Assembly (NCBI RefSeq): GCF_001194135.2
Contig: NC_068983.1
Coordinates: 37,016,807 to 37,080,806 of the forward strand
Length of the DNA: 64,000 nt
DNA from: Octopus bimaculoides
Lineage: Eukaryota
Direction: 5' to 3'
The position numbers and the translations under genes are program-made. Below, piece by piece: positions 23,955 to 37,708 of this stretch. The notes under the pieces were generated by a model that saw nothing but the letters and a program-made list of their open reading frames with translations, ran no database searches and had not been told where the DNA came from. Each line of letters begins with the position of its first letter. Position 1 is the stretch's first letter.

Positions 23955-24102
23955 CTAAATAACAAAAATATAGCTAACGTATATAAGAAAGTAAAAACAT
24001 TTACAAATGTATTATCATTAATGGTAGAGAGGCAGAACAAACAGTGCCAGACTAAATATCCCAAGTGTTTAATTTCATTCTTCTAAGAATTCTGCCAGGT
24101 CA

Positions 24103-24305
24103 TCATCATCATCATCATTGTTTAACGTCTGCTTTCCATGCTAGCATGGGTTGGACGATTTGACTGAGGACTGGTGAACCAGATGGCTACACCAGACTCC
24201 AATCTGATTTGGCAGAATTTCTATAGCTGGATGCCCTTCCTAACGCCAACCACTCCGAGAGTGTAGTGGGTGCTTTTACATGCCACTGGCACTAAGGCCA
24301 GTCCT
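24103..24305 (-). mobile_element. RTE 3'-tail repeat
   Basis: (CAT)6 TGTTTAACGTCTGCTTTCC...GGCCAGTC. Confidence 0.88.
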
Positions 24306-24938
24306 TCAGAAAGGTGATAAATAAGATCTGTTAATGTAGTTGAATTAACTCAGTCTATTATATCCTCTTCTCTACAGAAGATGGTCAAGCGGCTGGTCAA
24401 AAGAAATGATTAACATATCTTTTGACTAAACACAACAAAGGTTTACAGAAGACAGTGTTTAGTTGAGCAAATTCACTCTCTTATTTGTTTACAAAACACT
24501 TGGCAGATGAAACTGAAAACTGGATATGATGCATACAGAGGATGACAGACGGGCAAAAAAGTGTCCAAGCAATTCAAATGGAAGGGACCTGCAAAGACAT
24601 AGGAAGAAGTAGTGGAAGCTACTTCAGATTAAGTCACCTGCTATGCAAGTACATCTCCATAATTTATTATTATTATTGTTATTTATAATAACATCAATCA
24701 ACTCAAAGTTAAGAGTTATTAAGTTCAAAGACTGACAGCAGGTAGAAATATACTGGTAGGGAAGAATTTCCTGAGATACATTTTTAAGCAAAATGTAATG
24801 TATATAAATGTATATACTTATAATTAGTTTCCAAATCCTGATATATATTATTTAATATGTATTCTCATTTAGAAATAATTTAACAAAAGAGCAAACAAAA
24901 AAACTAGAAAAATAAAACAAACAAACAAGAGAACTTAC

Positions 24939-25068
24939 AATATGTTCAATTCCACTGTATTCTCCTTCAGTGTTCTCCCGAATTGTGACCAAGTTAACAT
25001 CTTCATAGGGTGTTTCATAACCAACTATAGATTTACATGGGCGAACATTAGCATACAAACTGAAAGCT
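24939..25068 (-). CDS. IDH3A: IDH3A exon 5: (K)[43 protein letters not shown]
   Basis: TTTTGTAG|A GCT ... ATT|GTAAGT; 130 nt; LYANVRP and IRENTEGEY motifs. Confidence 0.97.
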
Positions 25069-25598
25069 CTACAAAACAAATGTTGAGAATGGTAAAAATT
25101 AAAATTTCAAAAATTAAAATTAAGTAATCAGAATACGTATATATATATATATATATATACCTCCCTTAATACACAGACTGCTTTCTAAAATTTTTGTCCA
25201 ATCTTTCTTTACCCAACATTGCATTTTTATGGAACTCCACCAATATCGCATAATTTCCTTTCAAACCCCTTACCTGAAACAATTCACTGATCATTAATCT
25301 CACCCAATTACCCTTATCCCTAAGGATAATGGTAACCTCCTCAATCTAAAATTAAATGAGAGGATAAAAGTTGTAGTATGAGAGGAGTAAACAATAATAA
25401 CTGTAGAGTAGAATCCAGTCTTCTTTACTTCTGTTTCATGTTAAACTACATATAGGACCACCCATCAGCAGTTCCAGTAACATATTAAGTTTTCTAAAAG
25501 AAATAGTAACAAACTCCTTGCTCAAACTGTCACCATTCCTGGAAAATTGTCAGTAGTCTCCCTCCAATGTTTCCTCAATACTAGTTGTAATATGAGTG

Positions 25599-25959
25599 GA
25601 GGCGCAATGGCCCAGTGGTTAGGGCAGCGGACTCGTGGTCATAAGATCGCGGTTTCAATTCCCAGACCAGGCGTTGTGAGTGTTTATTGAGCGAAAACGC
25701 CTAAAGCTCCACGAGGCTCCGGCAGGGGATGGTGGCAAACCCTGCTGTACCCTTTCACCACAACTTTCTCTCACTCTTACTTCCCGTTTCTGTTGTGCCT
25801 GTAATTCAAAGGGTCAGCCTTGTCACACTGTGTCACGCTGAATATCCCCGAGAACTACATTAAGGGTACACGTTTCTGTGGAGTGCTCAGCCACTTGCAC
25901 GTTAATTTCACGAGCAGGCTGGAACCCTCGACGTCGTAAGCGACAGAGTGCTAACAACA
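25599..25959 (+). mobile_element. Young SINE family B copy with 16-bp TSD
   Basis: Near-identical to 23409-23797; TSD AGTTGTAATATGAGTG at 25583-25598 and 25960-25975. An older 5'-truncated copy lies at about 49480-49640. Confidence 0.92.
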
Positions 25960-26799
25960 AGTTGTAATATGAGTGTAAACAGATACACATTTTACAATTA
26001 GAAAAAGAAAGTGAGTGTACAAAGTTTTCAAGATGAAAAGGGAGTCAGATAGGGGCATAGAGGAAGCGAGAGAGAGAGAGGAAGAGGGCAGAGGAAGAGA
26101 GAGAGAGAGAAGAATCAAGCTCAGTATTTGACTGGTACTTTATTTAATGACCCCAAAATCTGAATGGGATTCGAACTCAGAGCATAATAACCCCTCAAAA
26201 TACCACAAGGCATTCTACCCGACACTCTCACAACTTGTTCAATTTGCCATCTTAAGAAATCAATGCAAACATATAATTAAATAAACAAACTTTACTACAA
26301 TTAATCCAAATTACAAACTGTAACTAATTTAATTCTCATTAACTCTTCCTAACTTAATTGCTTTTATGCTTGTAGCAGACCTCCAGATTATAAGTGTGTG
26401 TATATATATATATATATATATAACTATCAATACAATTTTTTATAAGGTGTTTTCCTAGGAGAAAGAGGTAAGTGTATGGGAATGATAACTGTTTTCAATC
26501 CAGATTGATTGGAACAACATAGTTTAGTAATGTACCACAGAAGTACAGCTGCACAGGTTATTGTCCATGGCATTTGAATCAATAGCTTTGCTAATTGCAA
26601 ACTTAGCCATTACACACTTCTGAGAAAGTAAGCATTGTATCATTTCTTGTAGGAAGCATTGTAACAATGTTTTTTTTTAACAGAATGAGATACAAAGATA
26701 GCTAATTAATAGGAAAAAAGATATGTGGTGAGTGTTAAATGGGCAGAGATCATTGCAATAGCATCCTATAATTGAGTGATTGATCAATCAAGCAACAGA

Positions 26800-27000
26800 T
26801 AAACAGACAGAAAAACAGACAGACAGATAGACAGATAGACAGGCAGGCAGGCAGATAAAGACAAGTAGTTAGATAGACAGACAGACAGATAGATAGCAAA
26901 ATAGGTGGACAGATTGTTAGATAGATAGAAAGACAGATATATAAATAGCTAGACAGACAGACAGGCAAACAGATGGATAGATAGGCAGATATATATATAT
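26800..27000. repeat. Compound (GACA/GATA/GGCA)n tetranucleotide tract
   Basis: Direct reading. Confidence 0.9.
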
Positions 27001-27854
27001 ACAGCTGTGTGGTTAAGAAGTTTGCTTTTAAATCATGTGATTTTAGGTTCAATCCCAATGCAAAGCAGCTTCAGCAAGTGTCTTCAACTAGAGCCTGAAG
27101 CCAATCAAAGCCTTGTGATTTGAATTGGTAGCCAGAAACTGAAAGAAGCTCTTCATATGTGTGTGTGTGCATCTGTCTGTGTGCACTTATCTACATTAGT
27201 GGTTCTTTAAAAAAATCACTGAGCTACAAGCTGTGATGATGTCATTTCCCTTCAACAAATTGTTTGCTGACTTTGTGCCTTCAAAAACATGCAGAATAAG
27301 AGATCCCTTACTTGAAAAACAGGTGAGAAATAGCCACAAGAAGGGCATCTGGCTGTAAAACAATGCCTCAATAATATATTTATCTAATCCATTGCCAGCA
27401 AAGAAAAAAACAGACGTAAATCAAATATATATCTATATATGTGTGTGTGTGCACATGTGATATATCTTTTAATGCTAAATGAAATAATCCATTTTCTTTT
27501 AATTAATTACAAACATGTGCTCATAAATGAGTACAAACAATTTTATGATTATCATTAAACTAAAAGGTAGTAAATGATAGAATCAGTAGAGCATCCAACA
27601 AAACGCCTTGTAAGTATTAAAGATTTGATTTTTTTACATTCTGAATCCAAATTCTACCAGAGTTGACTTAGCCTTCATCCTTCAGTCAAGTTCTCAAATT
27701 AATTTAATTAACTGCCCCCTCTCCTACAAAATGTGTGCCCAACCCCCTACCTATGTTAGAAATCCTCATTATTAATAACATAACAAGTTAATCAGTATAA
27801 AATAAGGTTATCAATTTTAGATAAATTACACAACAATTAATTAAATAAACCTAC

Positions 27855-28027
27855 TTTCTCAATGCTAAGTTGAGGGATTGATGTCCTTTACCGACTGGAG
27901 TAGCAAGAGGTCCTTTCAGGCCACATTTAGTTTCAGCCATTGATTCAAATACTTTCTGTGGAAGACGGAATTTTCCATCTGGACCCTTCACTGGAGTGAC
28001 ATCAACAGTATCCCATTCTACGGGCAC
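27855..28027 (-). CDS. IDH3A: IDH3A exon 4: VPVEWDTVDVTPVKGPDGKFRLPQKVFESMAETKCGLKGPLATPVGKGHQSLNLALR(K)
   Basis: TTCTTGCAG|GTG ... AA|GTAGGT; 173 nt; GLKGPL.TP and SLNL.LRK motifs. Confidence 0.97.
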
Positions 28028-28103
28028 CTGCAAGAATAAAGGATTACTGATTATTTTAGAGAAAGCAAAATTTGAATGATTAAAATTATTAAAAAAATTA
28101 GAA

Positions 28104-28287
28104 GTGGCTGTGTGGTAAGTAGCTTGCTTACGAACCACATGGTTCTGGGTTCAGTCCCACTGCATAGCACCTTGGCAAGTGTCTTCTACTATAGGCTCGG
28201 CCCGACCAAAGCCTTGTGAGTGGATTTGGTAGACGGAAACTGAAAGAAGCCCGTCGTATATATTTATATATATATGTGTGTGTGTGT

Positions 28288-28331
<44 letters not shown>

Positions 28332-28530
28332 TTGTGTGTCTGTGTTTGTCCCCCCAACATCGCTTGACAACCGATGCTGGTGTGTTTACGTCCCCGTAAC
28401 TTAATGGTTTGGCAAAAGAGACCGATAGAATAAGTACTAGGCTTACAAAGAAGTCCTGGGGTCGATTTGCTCGACTAAACGCGGTGCTCCAGCATGGCCA
28501 CAGTCAAATGATTGAAACAAGTAAAAGAGT
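28104..28530 (+). mobile_element. SINE family A, full-length reference copy
   Basis: tRNA-like head GTGGCTGTGTGGTAAGTAGC...GGGTTCAGTCCC, central (TA)/(TG)n microsatellite, tail GAAACAAGTAAAAGAG. Further copies at about 27000-27180(+), 36620-36800(-), 39010-39370(-), 39610-39770(+), 42310-42670(-), 49895-50080(-). Confidence 0.9.
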
Positions 28531-28732
28531 AACTTTTCTACAACACTTCATATGTGATTTGGATAATAATTTCCATAAAAATATTTAATTAATTAGCCTA
28601 AAGTAACATCAGGATTATCAGGAATTTCAAACATAATCAATACATTGTTCAGTTTGCATTATTTTTCTTTTCAATATGATCAATATCAATACTTTATGCA
28701 GGTTATATTAACAATGTAGAACTCATAAATAC

Positions 28733-28816
28733 CTTAGCAGCAGCAAATATCTCTTGGACAGCTGCAGAGATTTCAGGACCAATACCATCTCCAGGAATTA
28801 AAGTAATTTTTCTTAC
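28733..28816 (-). CDS. IDH3A: IDH3A exon 3: [28 protein letters not shown]
   Basis: CTTTTAG|GTA ... AAG|GTATTT; 84 nt; [12 protein letters not shown] motif. Confidence 0.97.
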
Positions 28817-29895
28817 CTAAAAGTATACACATTGCATATAGACATGTGTAAACGCTAAGAACAAGACTGATACATATATTTTGATATAACAACATGAAAA
28901 TAATAACATTTTCGATAAATATGTATTTGAAATGATATTTTAAACTAAAAGTAGTCAAAAATAATGAAAATAAGCTTAGTCTAAAGGATGCCTTGAAAGT
29001 ATAATAATTAACTTTTTGAAAATAATTAGAAAAAAAATCTGAATCAAATGAAGAGACTGGACAGTCAGGATTAATTCATAAGTTGCTTCATTTAACATCA
29101 CCACCCAACCCTTGTGTATATTTAGCAGAGATCACTCTATTGCATGCATTAAGGCTAGGTCTGCAATCCTACAATCCGAGTAAGAAGGGCAGTACCCACA
29201 CCCCTGAAACAGGTCATGAGGACTGTCACAGAGCCAATAATAATAATAATCCTTTCTACTATGGGCACAAGGCCTGAAATTTGTGGGAGAGGGCTAGCAA
29301 TTACATTGACCCTAGTATTTCATTGGTACTTAATCTATCAATCTCCCAAAAGGATGAAAGGCAAAGTTGACCCCGGTGGAATTTGAACTCAGAACATAAG
29401 GGCAGACGAAATACCGCTAAGCATTTCAACCAGCATGCTAACAATTCTGCCAGTTCGCCACCTTAAAAATAATAGATGCAGTCCCAGGCAGTGGCTCTCA
29501 TGGCTTCTGATCTTAACTGATTGGAAGTGTTATCATGTACATGTTTTGTTTTGGTATAAAAGATTGGCTACAGCAAATATTCTACTCAATACCACAGATT
29601 TGCTTGTCAGTTGTTTGACCGTAACCAGTTGAGCATGTCCCTTGGTGGCTGATGATATGTGCATCTCTGATCACGAGCAGAAGTAGTGGGGGAAACATTA
29701 AAGCCATGTGTTGAGAGGAATTCTTTGGGGTTTGGATAATTCACCTCTGGAAACATGGGTGAATATTCTTAAACAACCTTTATTCAAGGACCTTTTGAGC
29801 AAGATGGGCAACGCAACCTGAAGAAAATTCTAACTGGGCCCCACCTGCAAGGTCATGTGCACAACATGGTGACCTTATATCAAAATAAACAGAGC

Positions 29896-30053
29896 ATTAT
29901 TATTATTATTATTGAATGAGAGAGCAGTGCATGCCATCAAAGTGACACTGGGGTAAAATATATGAAGCCTAGTATATCCATCATGACTACTCGTCTGATA
30001 AGGGTACTTTGATGGCATGCACTGCTCTCTCATTCAATAATAATAATAATAAT
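29896..30053. repeat. Perfect 48-bp inverted repeat with 62-nt spacer
   Basis: 29896-29943 (ATT)6GAATGAGAGAGCAGTGCATGCCATCAAAGT is the exact reverse complement of 30006-30053. Confidence 0.95.
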
Positions 30054-32060
30054 AAATAAATTAGAAATTAGGTAATAGCTTTTCATTATCAACACCACCA
30101 TCATTTTATTTATATTCTCTATGGGTTGGATAAGTTGACACAGTCAAAGTCAGTTCTTATTTGAGATCACTGCATGCTTTGACAGGTCAAAGTGGATCAG
30201 ATCTTGTTTGTGTGTTCCATGTTAGCAAGGTGTCTTTGGCTGGATGCCCTTCCTGTCACCAACCACTTAACAGAAGGTGTGGCACAAGCAATATGGCAAA
30301 TTTTATGAAAAGGGAAAAATGGGAATCATTAGTCTATATTAAAACCCTAGACTAATGATTAATCAACAAGAGATTCGAGTATTTAAGTACTTCCAATTGA
30401 TTGGTAATAAATTAGCAATTATTGAAGACTATACTGGAACAGGCTAATGAGAAGAACAACTGAATGGTAATGAATGGGGAAAATATTACTTTAACAGATA
30501 ATAAGAGCATATGAAAGTTCTTTGTAATACTATAATCCAGCATTTTATTGTACAGTCTCAGCCATAAATATCTCCTATTCTGTTATTTTCTTCAAAATCC
30601 TTTGATTAATTTCTAGGAAATCTTTGTTTATTCTCATTAGTTACGTTTTCTCTTCTAGTTTGCTTTCTCATTCTGGCTTGTGCAAAATATTCTTGCCTGT
30701 CATCATCGTTCATATTTTAACTTCTTTCTTAATTAACAATACTCATTTTTTTCTCTTATCTACTTCAACTTTGTTGTTTGTCATACAACACCTCACACAG
30801 CTGTCATCTGTATATGTATGGGTGCCAAAAAAAAAATTAGTATATTTGTACGTGTATGTGTGCATGAGCTGATAGTGTTCATTTTAATCTCTGTCCATCT
30901 GTCTCTCTCTCTACTGCATACACTCTTTTATTATCCCCTTTCTGCTGCGTGACAGGGTTTTTACACCATAGGAATTTATCATTAACTCTTTAATATAATA
31001 GATTTTTTTTATTATAATCAGCTTTGGGGGACCTCCAAATCTGATGAGACTGACATCAACTTTGCTTTTCATCTCTCCTCTATCTTTGAAATAAATAAGG
31101 ACCAACAATAGACTGCAGTCTATTCAATTAATTAGATTTGTTGTTACCAATGAAAATCAATACTTTCTACAGAAAAATATATTCTAATCTAGCCATTTTG
31201 ACTAAAAAAAGGCAAAGGAATAAAAAAAAGCCTCCAAAATATAAAATTTGTATTTGCTGGAGCAATCACTACCATGGAACCTATTTGTCAGCTAGGCACA
31301 CTGAGACAAACAGAATTATGTACTTGGACTAAAAGCATAACACAACAGCTGAAGATATAGTAAACTTTTATAGCCATAACAATGTGATATAGTCAGTCTT
31401 GCAGCACCTTAATGTTTCAACAACTGTACCTTCCCTGAAATCAGAGAGAGGTTTGAACCTTGAACCTTGTTTTTTCTGGTAATTTATATAAATGTTACAT
31501 GGCTGGCCCAGTCCTGTGATACAAGTAACCATCCAGCCTCGCTTTATTTTTTTCAAAGACTATAAGACTACCCATCTTAGAGTATATTCTCCTTACAGAT
31601 GGTAACATGTGATTTGAGAGAGATGTGGCTGCTAATTTTAACATAGTTGAGTGACTACAAGAAGGTTTTTTTGTTGTCAATTTTATCACTGTTGTTTAGC
31701 ACCAGGATGAGCCTGATCAAATATACCTAGGATAAAAGGTGCTCAGTCACAACTAACCTGATTTTTTTTTTCTTTAAGTATAATGTATATCTAGGACTAG
31801 ATATAGTGTATATCCAATGTATACACCTTCATTAGCTCAAATTTTCATGAATTGTATTAATAGGTAGACCCTTTTCTAATATATGAGAGACAGCACTATC
31901 TTCCAATTCAGCAGACTGAGAAAAGTATTGTATCTTTCTTAAGGATACAATCTCAGTAGTAGACTTTGAATACATAACATTGGGTTGCAATCCTTTAAAG
32001 ATAACGCCTCAAATCCCTTCATCTCAAAATGATATAAATACTTTACATTATTATACGAAC

Positions 32061-32099
32061 CTCACTGGACAGGTGCTGAACTGGAGTCTTGAAAATATT
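32061..32099 (-). CDS. IDH3A: IDH3A probable exon 2: NIFKTPVQHLSSE (end of transit peptide)
   Basis: TTTTTCCTTTCTAG|AAT ... GAG|GTTCGT; 39 nt, phase 0/0. It brings the protein to 362 aa. No conserved motif, so less certain than the other exons. Confidence 0.6.
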
Positions 32100-33149
32100 C
32101 TAGAAAGGAAAAATGAAAAGCACTTAAATTAGAAAAAGGATAGATGTGATAGTTACGTTACCAGAAATGCAATACAATAATAAAAGATCGTTTTTATATC
32201 ATGTCAGCAAGAACTACATTAAAATTGATTTCAAAAAGTTTTCAGTTGAGAAACAATGTATTTTGAAAACATGACTTCAGGATTTATCACTGTCAACATT
32301 TTACAAGATTTTTTCTATGCTTGCATGGGTTGGATGTGTCTCAACTAGCACAGTATCTCAACATTTGTGATTCTTAATCATTTTCTTTCTGAGGATCAGC
32401 TTTCACCACATTTCCCTGTTTTCCTTTTCTCCAGGCTCATTTTACTTGGATCTTTTAGCACTTCTTTATCCAACTGTCATCTTCCATATGCATCACACAT
32501 CCACATCAGTATAGTCTCCCCCCTTGCACACTACATTTGATCCCCCTTAAATCCATTTTTTCTCTCAGCTTATTTAAACTCCATTGTTCACACACACAAA
32601 CATTAAGCAGCCAGCATAATAGGCCCATCTCATTTCTTACTCACCATTTCAAGGCCCTACTCAAAGCCCATGTCTGGTTACCATGCGATATTATGCTTTG
32701 TACACAAACATACAGTCTGCCATTCACTTGGAAAGACAATCCCTTTGTTACCAGCTGTAGTAATAGATCCTCAACCTTTTTCTGGTTACTATATTTCCAG
32801 AACATCCACCTGCACTATTAATTAGGTCACCTAAGTAACAGAAGCTATCAACAACATTTTGGGAGCCTTTCGAGCATTTGAAAAAATTTAATGGATGCTC
32901 CCAATGCTAAGAAATCCTGTGTTAATTGTGAAGTCCCTGTTCTCAGTCAGCCCTTATGTGATCCCATAGTGCACACTGAACATACATTATTGATAACCTA
33001 AAGTATCAATACAATTCTTGTACTCTATTTCTGACAAGTAATGACAGCACACACTAAACTGCCTAGATATGTTTGCAAAAGATTTGAATTGACAACTGAT
33101 GTTGTAACAAACTTCTACTTCTAAATGTAAACAATACTGACAGATCTTT

Positions 33150-33890
33150 TAGATCTTTCCTGTAATTGGACCTGGACACAATGCAGCAATGGATCATGGA
33201 CTGGAAACTCAAGCTGGTTGTGGACAAGTGTACCACCATGCATTTTGTGAGTTAAAACCTAGCATCCACATACTCCCTCCACAACACTAGTATCAAAAAA
33301 TCTTGTGAGGGTGACCTGGCCATTACTATCAGCAGTGATTTGTACTGGACAAAGCACATCTCTAAAATTGTCAAGAAGGTCAAGGGTGTCTTGGCATCAC
33401 TCAGCAAGATCTTTGTCAGCTGCTCTCCAGCTGTCTATTTAAGGTTGTATATGGCTATGGTGCAGCCACACTGCATTACCAGTCTGGAACCCCTATCTTA
33501 CTCAGAACATTGACCTCCTGGAAACTATTCAAAGATGTACAACCAAGCAAATACCCTCCATCAGGCATCTACCATACTCTGAATGCCGTGCTTCCCTGGG
33601 AATGGATACATTGAAGCTCCAATGTCTGACAACTGACTTGGTAAACACTCACAAAATTATTAACCATCGTACTAACAACCACCTTGAGCACCTTTTTGAG
33701 CTCTGTAGCATATGTGGGTATGCCTACAAAGTCAGAAAACAGCACAGTACCCATGACTTTCAGAAACATTTTTTGCACACTCAGAGTTGCTGAAGCTTGG
33801 AACAAACTACCTGCATCAGTTGTTAGTTGCAGAGACATTGCATCCTTTAAAACCTCCATGCTTCCTGAAATTCACCAACACTACACCTGA
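33150..33890 (+). mobile_element. Decayed CR1-group LINE, RT C-terminal part
   Basis: DLDTMQQWIMDWKLKL..DKCTTMHF and LRVAEAWNKLPASVVSCRDIASFKTSM (cf. RVV..WN.LP..VV....V..FK), with frameshifts. Confidence 0.8.
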
Positions 33891-35131
33891 TATCTCACCC
33901 CACTCCATATGCATGCACACACATATATTATGACTCTTTCCTTCTTTTGAACATAATTCTATTTACTGTACATACACCTTTGATAAGTTGTAGTGCACCT
34001 GAGCACTATACACAATAATTTCATTATTATTATTATTAATATTATTATGTCTTATCTCTTACCTGACTAATCTACTGCTTTACAGAATTACAGAACAGGG
34101 AAGATACATATCACTTAACACAAACATAACATGTCATCAATTACAAATATATAATACCTATCAAAATTTGCCATATAAAATGTGCACAACAAGGCTGAAG
34201 GAAAATGCTTAGGGGAACATTCATCATCATCATCATCATTATCATTTAATGTCCTCTTTTCTATACTAGCATGAGTAGGACAGTTTGAGAGAGGAACCAA
34301 TGAGCCAGAGGGCTGCACCAAGTCCCAATGTCTTCTTAGGCATGGTTTCTAGTAAATACAACATGAATGTGTCTCACACATGTAATGCAGTGAGTTGAAA
34401 ACTATGACTAACTGAAATAATCTGTCATTTGTAGAGAGAAATAGGACTGAGCTGGAGTAAACAATACAAATTATATTAGGTGTGAATAAGAGACTAACTT
34501 TACTGAAACTAGATTTCAACTTTTGACTGTTTGATAATATTTTGACTTTCACACACACAAATATAACATTATAATTAAATAATAGATAAATATGTTTCAA
34601 TAGCAACATTATTTTCAGCTCATACTATGACATTTTTATTGTATCAAGTTTTTATTATGCTAAAAGCAGTTGGGAATTTAAGGGATGTGATAACTCAACC
34701 AGCCCATAACTCTGAACTTATGGCTGATTTACAACAACAAACTAGCCATCTTAATCACTTACAACTGGTTTTTGAAATGAGATGAACAATTTATCTCTAG
34801 TTTTATATCAGCAGCAAGTCCTCTCAAATTATTAGAGAAAACATTGCCAATTTTTCAATGTTGTCAAAATTAGTCATATTTACAGAATGGTCATGGCTGG
34901 AATGTCATTGATCATATGCTTGCTCACTTAAGTTTCAGTAAGAGATAAAAAAAAAAACATCATTTTTACATTTGTTTTGTCCATGATGGTATGGGTTGGA
35001 CAAGACTTATTGATGTAGTATTCTGCAGCAAAATGTCTTCCTGTCACTAACCCTTGCCTATTTTGAAAGCAAAATAGTTTTATTCCAATAGTCTTCATAC
35101 ATTGAAACTGCCAGGCTATAGGACATATTGT

Positions 35132-35340
35132 TTAACCCTTTCGGTACTGTATTTATTTTGAGATGCTCAGTGTTTCTTTCGATTAATTTAAAATATAACA
35201 AAGAATTTAGTAAAATAACTAAGTCGTCATTAAGCTAGTGTTAGGAACATAAATTGTAGCTAATGTTTGGTGGAAGATTTTAATTCAAAACTTATGAAAA
35301 CAAGAGGCAGTTTCAGCTGGGTTGGTATCAAAAGGGTTAA
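35132..35340. mobile_element. piggyBac-like MITE
   Basis: TTAA|CCCTTT ... AAAGGG|TTAA (TTAA at 35132-35135 and 35337-35340). Confidence 0.75.
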
Positions 35341-37670
35341 AGATGATGTAAACCTATTACCACTGAAATAAACATTCATGCACACTCATACACAGTTTCC
35401 TTCTACTAAATTCACTCACAAAGCAGGAGACCAATGCTCTAGAAGACACTTGCTAGAAGGTACTGACAGCACAGTAGGATAGAACCTGAAACCACATGGT
35501 TACAAAGTGAACTTTGTTACTACAAAACCATGTCTGTTTCTATTAATTCATACATCTATACCAAAGCTGACTTCTTTCTTGTATGCCATTGCCACCAGTT
35601 CTATAATTATTTCAACCATTTTCACATAGGCTTGCTTTCTCACATATAAGTAAGCATGTTTATGTTCATTATTTTAGGGTAGCATGTGTCATAAACATTG
35701 AGAAACCACTTAGAATGTTAATTATAGGATGATGTTAGGCATCAAAACCATGTGCTAAACATTTTATGTCTTCATACTCAAGATGATGTAACTGTGAGCT
35801 GCTTCTCTTTCTTTTATTAGCTTGATAGCATAAGTGTGTTAAGGTAAGCTAACTAGGACAACTTAATAACATATGTTAAACTGATAATAAAAATGTCTAA
35901 TGCTAAGATAAAATATATTTTTTCAACTATTAATCTTAATCTTTAAAGTGTAAATTTATAATATTTACATTTACACTACTTTTCAATTAGTTTAATCACT
36001 ATTCATCATCAAGTTAGTTACTCCTGAATATGTACATTGAACAGATAGGGATATGAATTTGGAATCTTTATTTCTAACACAAGGGTAGTAACATCTTTAT
36101 TTGCAAACTACATGCACCAGTATAAGCTACAGATATGTACTGTACAGATAAGGCTAATAGTTAAAAAAAAATTATCTTGCTAACAATTATGAGTGCCAGG
36201 TCTTAAAAACAAAAGCCATAAGAAACATTATACAAAATAATACTAAGTCATCTGTAAGATGTTTGACATTGATGCAAATAATAAATGCAATGTTCAGGGG
36301 ATATTTCTGTTATTTCACTTAAAAAAAAAAATTATACTGCATTTAAAATAAAAGATAAATTTGTCCATGAAATAGTAAAGTGAAGCAGAAAATATATGAA
36401 TTCATCATGAACCTGATCATTTAATGTATTCTTTTCCATGCTTGCATGAGTCATATGGAATTCATTGAGGTGATTTTCTATAGCTTGACACCCATCATGT
36501 TGCCAACCTTCACCTGTTTCCAAGCAAAGTAATATTTCCCCATGGCTAGACATATTTTTCACAGAAGACTGAAAACAAACCACATTGTTCATTTACAACC
36601 ATCATGTGATAGCAAAACAAGGGTACACACACACACACACATGTATGTAGCAGGCTTCTTCTAGTTTCTATCTACCAAATCCACTCAGAAGGCTTTAGTC
36701 GGTCCAATACTAAAATAGAAGACACTTTGCCTGAGGTACCATACAGTGGGACTGAACTGAAAACCAGATGACTGGCAAGTAAGCTTCTCAACCACACATT
36801 ATTTACTTTGAAGCAAATTTCACATTGCGGCATCTATTGACACTGAGAGAAACAAAGAAGTTGTTTCATACAAAGTGTGTTGATCTAAATAAAACAGGAA
36901 TGTGAATTTATGAGAACAGAGATGTATTATAATCACTAAATATCACCAATGTCATTGCTTTCATTACCACTACTGCTACCTCCATAATAATCATCATTAT
37001 CATTTACTATATGTACATATCTTTCTTACAAGCAGGTATTAGAATAATCTCTGATATTTCTACAGTCAGAATTAGATTTCAAAGATATATTCTAACTGCT
37101 TCCCATCTAGATGTTGTTGCCCTGATTACCATCAACAATAGCAGATGATATTCAATGCTGAGATACACACAGCAAAGAAACCATCTGGTACTTCATCTAC
37201 TCCAGTCATGAACAGCACACAAAACCTTCAAAGTTACTATAAATGTTAGTCCTAACAATCTGATGATTGAACCACAAATATATCTTGTCTTGGGAGGGGT
37301 TTATTACACCAATAATAAACACACACACACTAATTGAACATTTGTTTAATGAGTTGATTGAACAATCAACCACAAGCAAGTCATTGAAGAGGTTCGAACA
37401 GCAGCAAAAGGACTTTGACTAACAAACAACTGATTGTTTAACCAGCACATTAAACAAAGGATTGATTAGTTAGGTTAGATATTTAACCATTTGACAAACA
37501 ATAAAGAAGTGATATTGAACCAGTGTGTGTGTGTTGCTATTATTGGTGTAATGACCTTCCCAGGACACAACAAAATTTATTTCAACACATGAATTCACAT
37601 TAAGAATCTTGCAAACCAAATACAAAAACGAAACCAAACATACATATATCATCATCATCGCTGTTTAACG

Positions 37671-37708
<38 letters not shown>

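Noticed and set aside
23667-24086. 139-aa plus-strand ORF and overlapping 143-aa minus-strand ORF
   Set aside because: These are SINE sequence plus the antisense or off-frame reading of IDH3A exon 6.
26750-27058. 102-aa hydrophobic Leu/Cys-rich ORF
   Set aside because: Translation of the (GACA/GATA)n microsatellite.
31368-31440. Acceptor-like CTCTCTCTGATTTCAG| at about 31435(-) as an alternative IDH3A exon 2
   Set aside because: All frames hit stops without a suitable phase-0 donor; 32061-32099 fits better.
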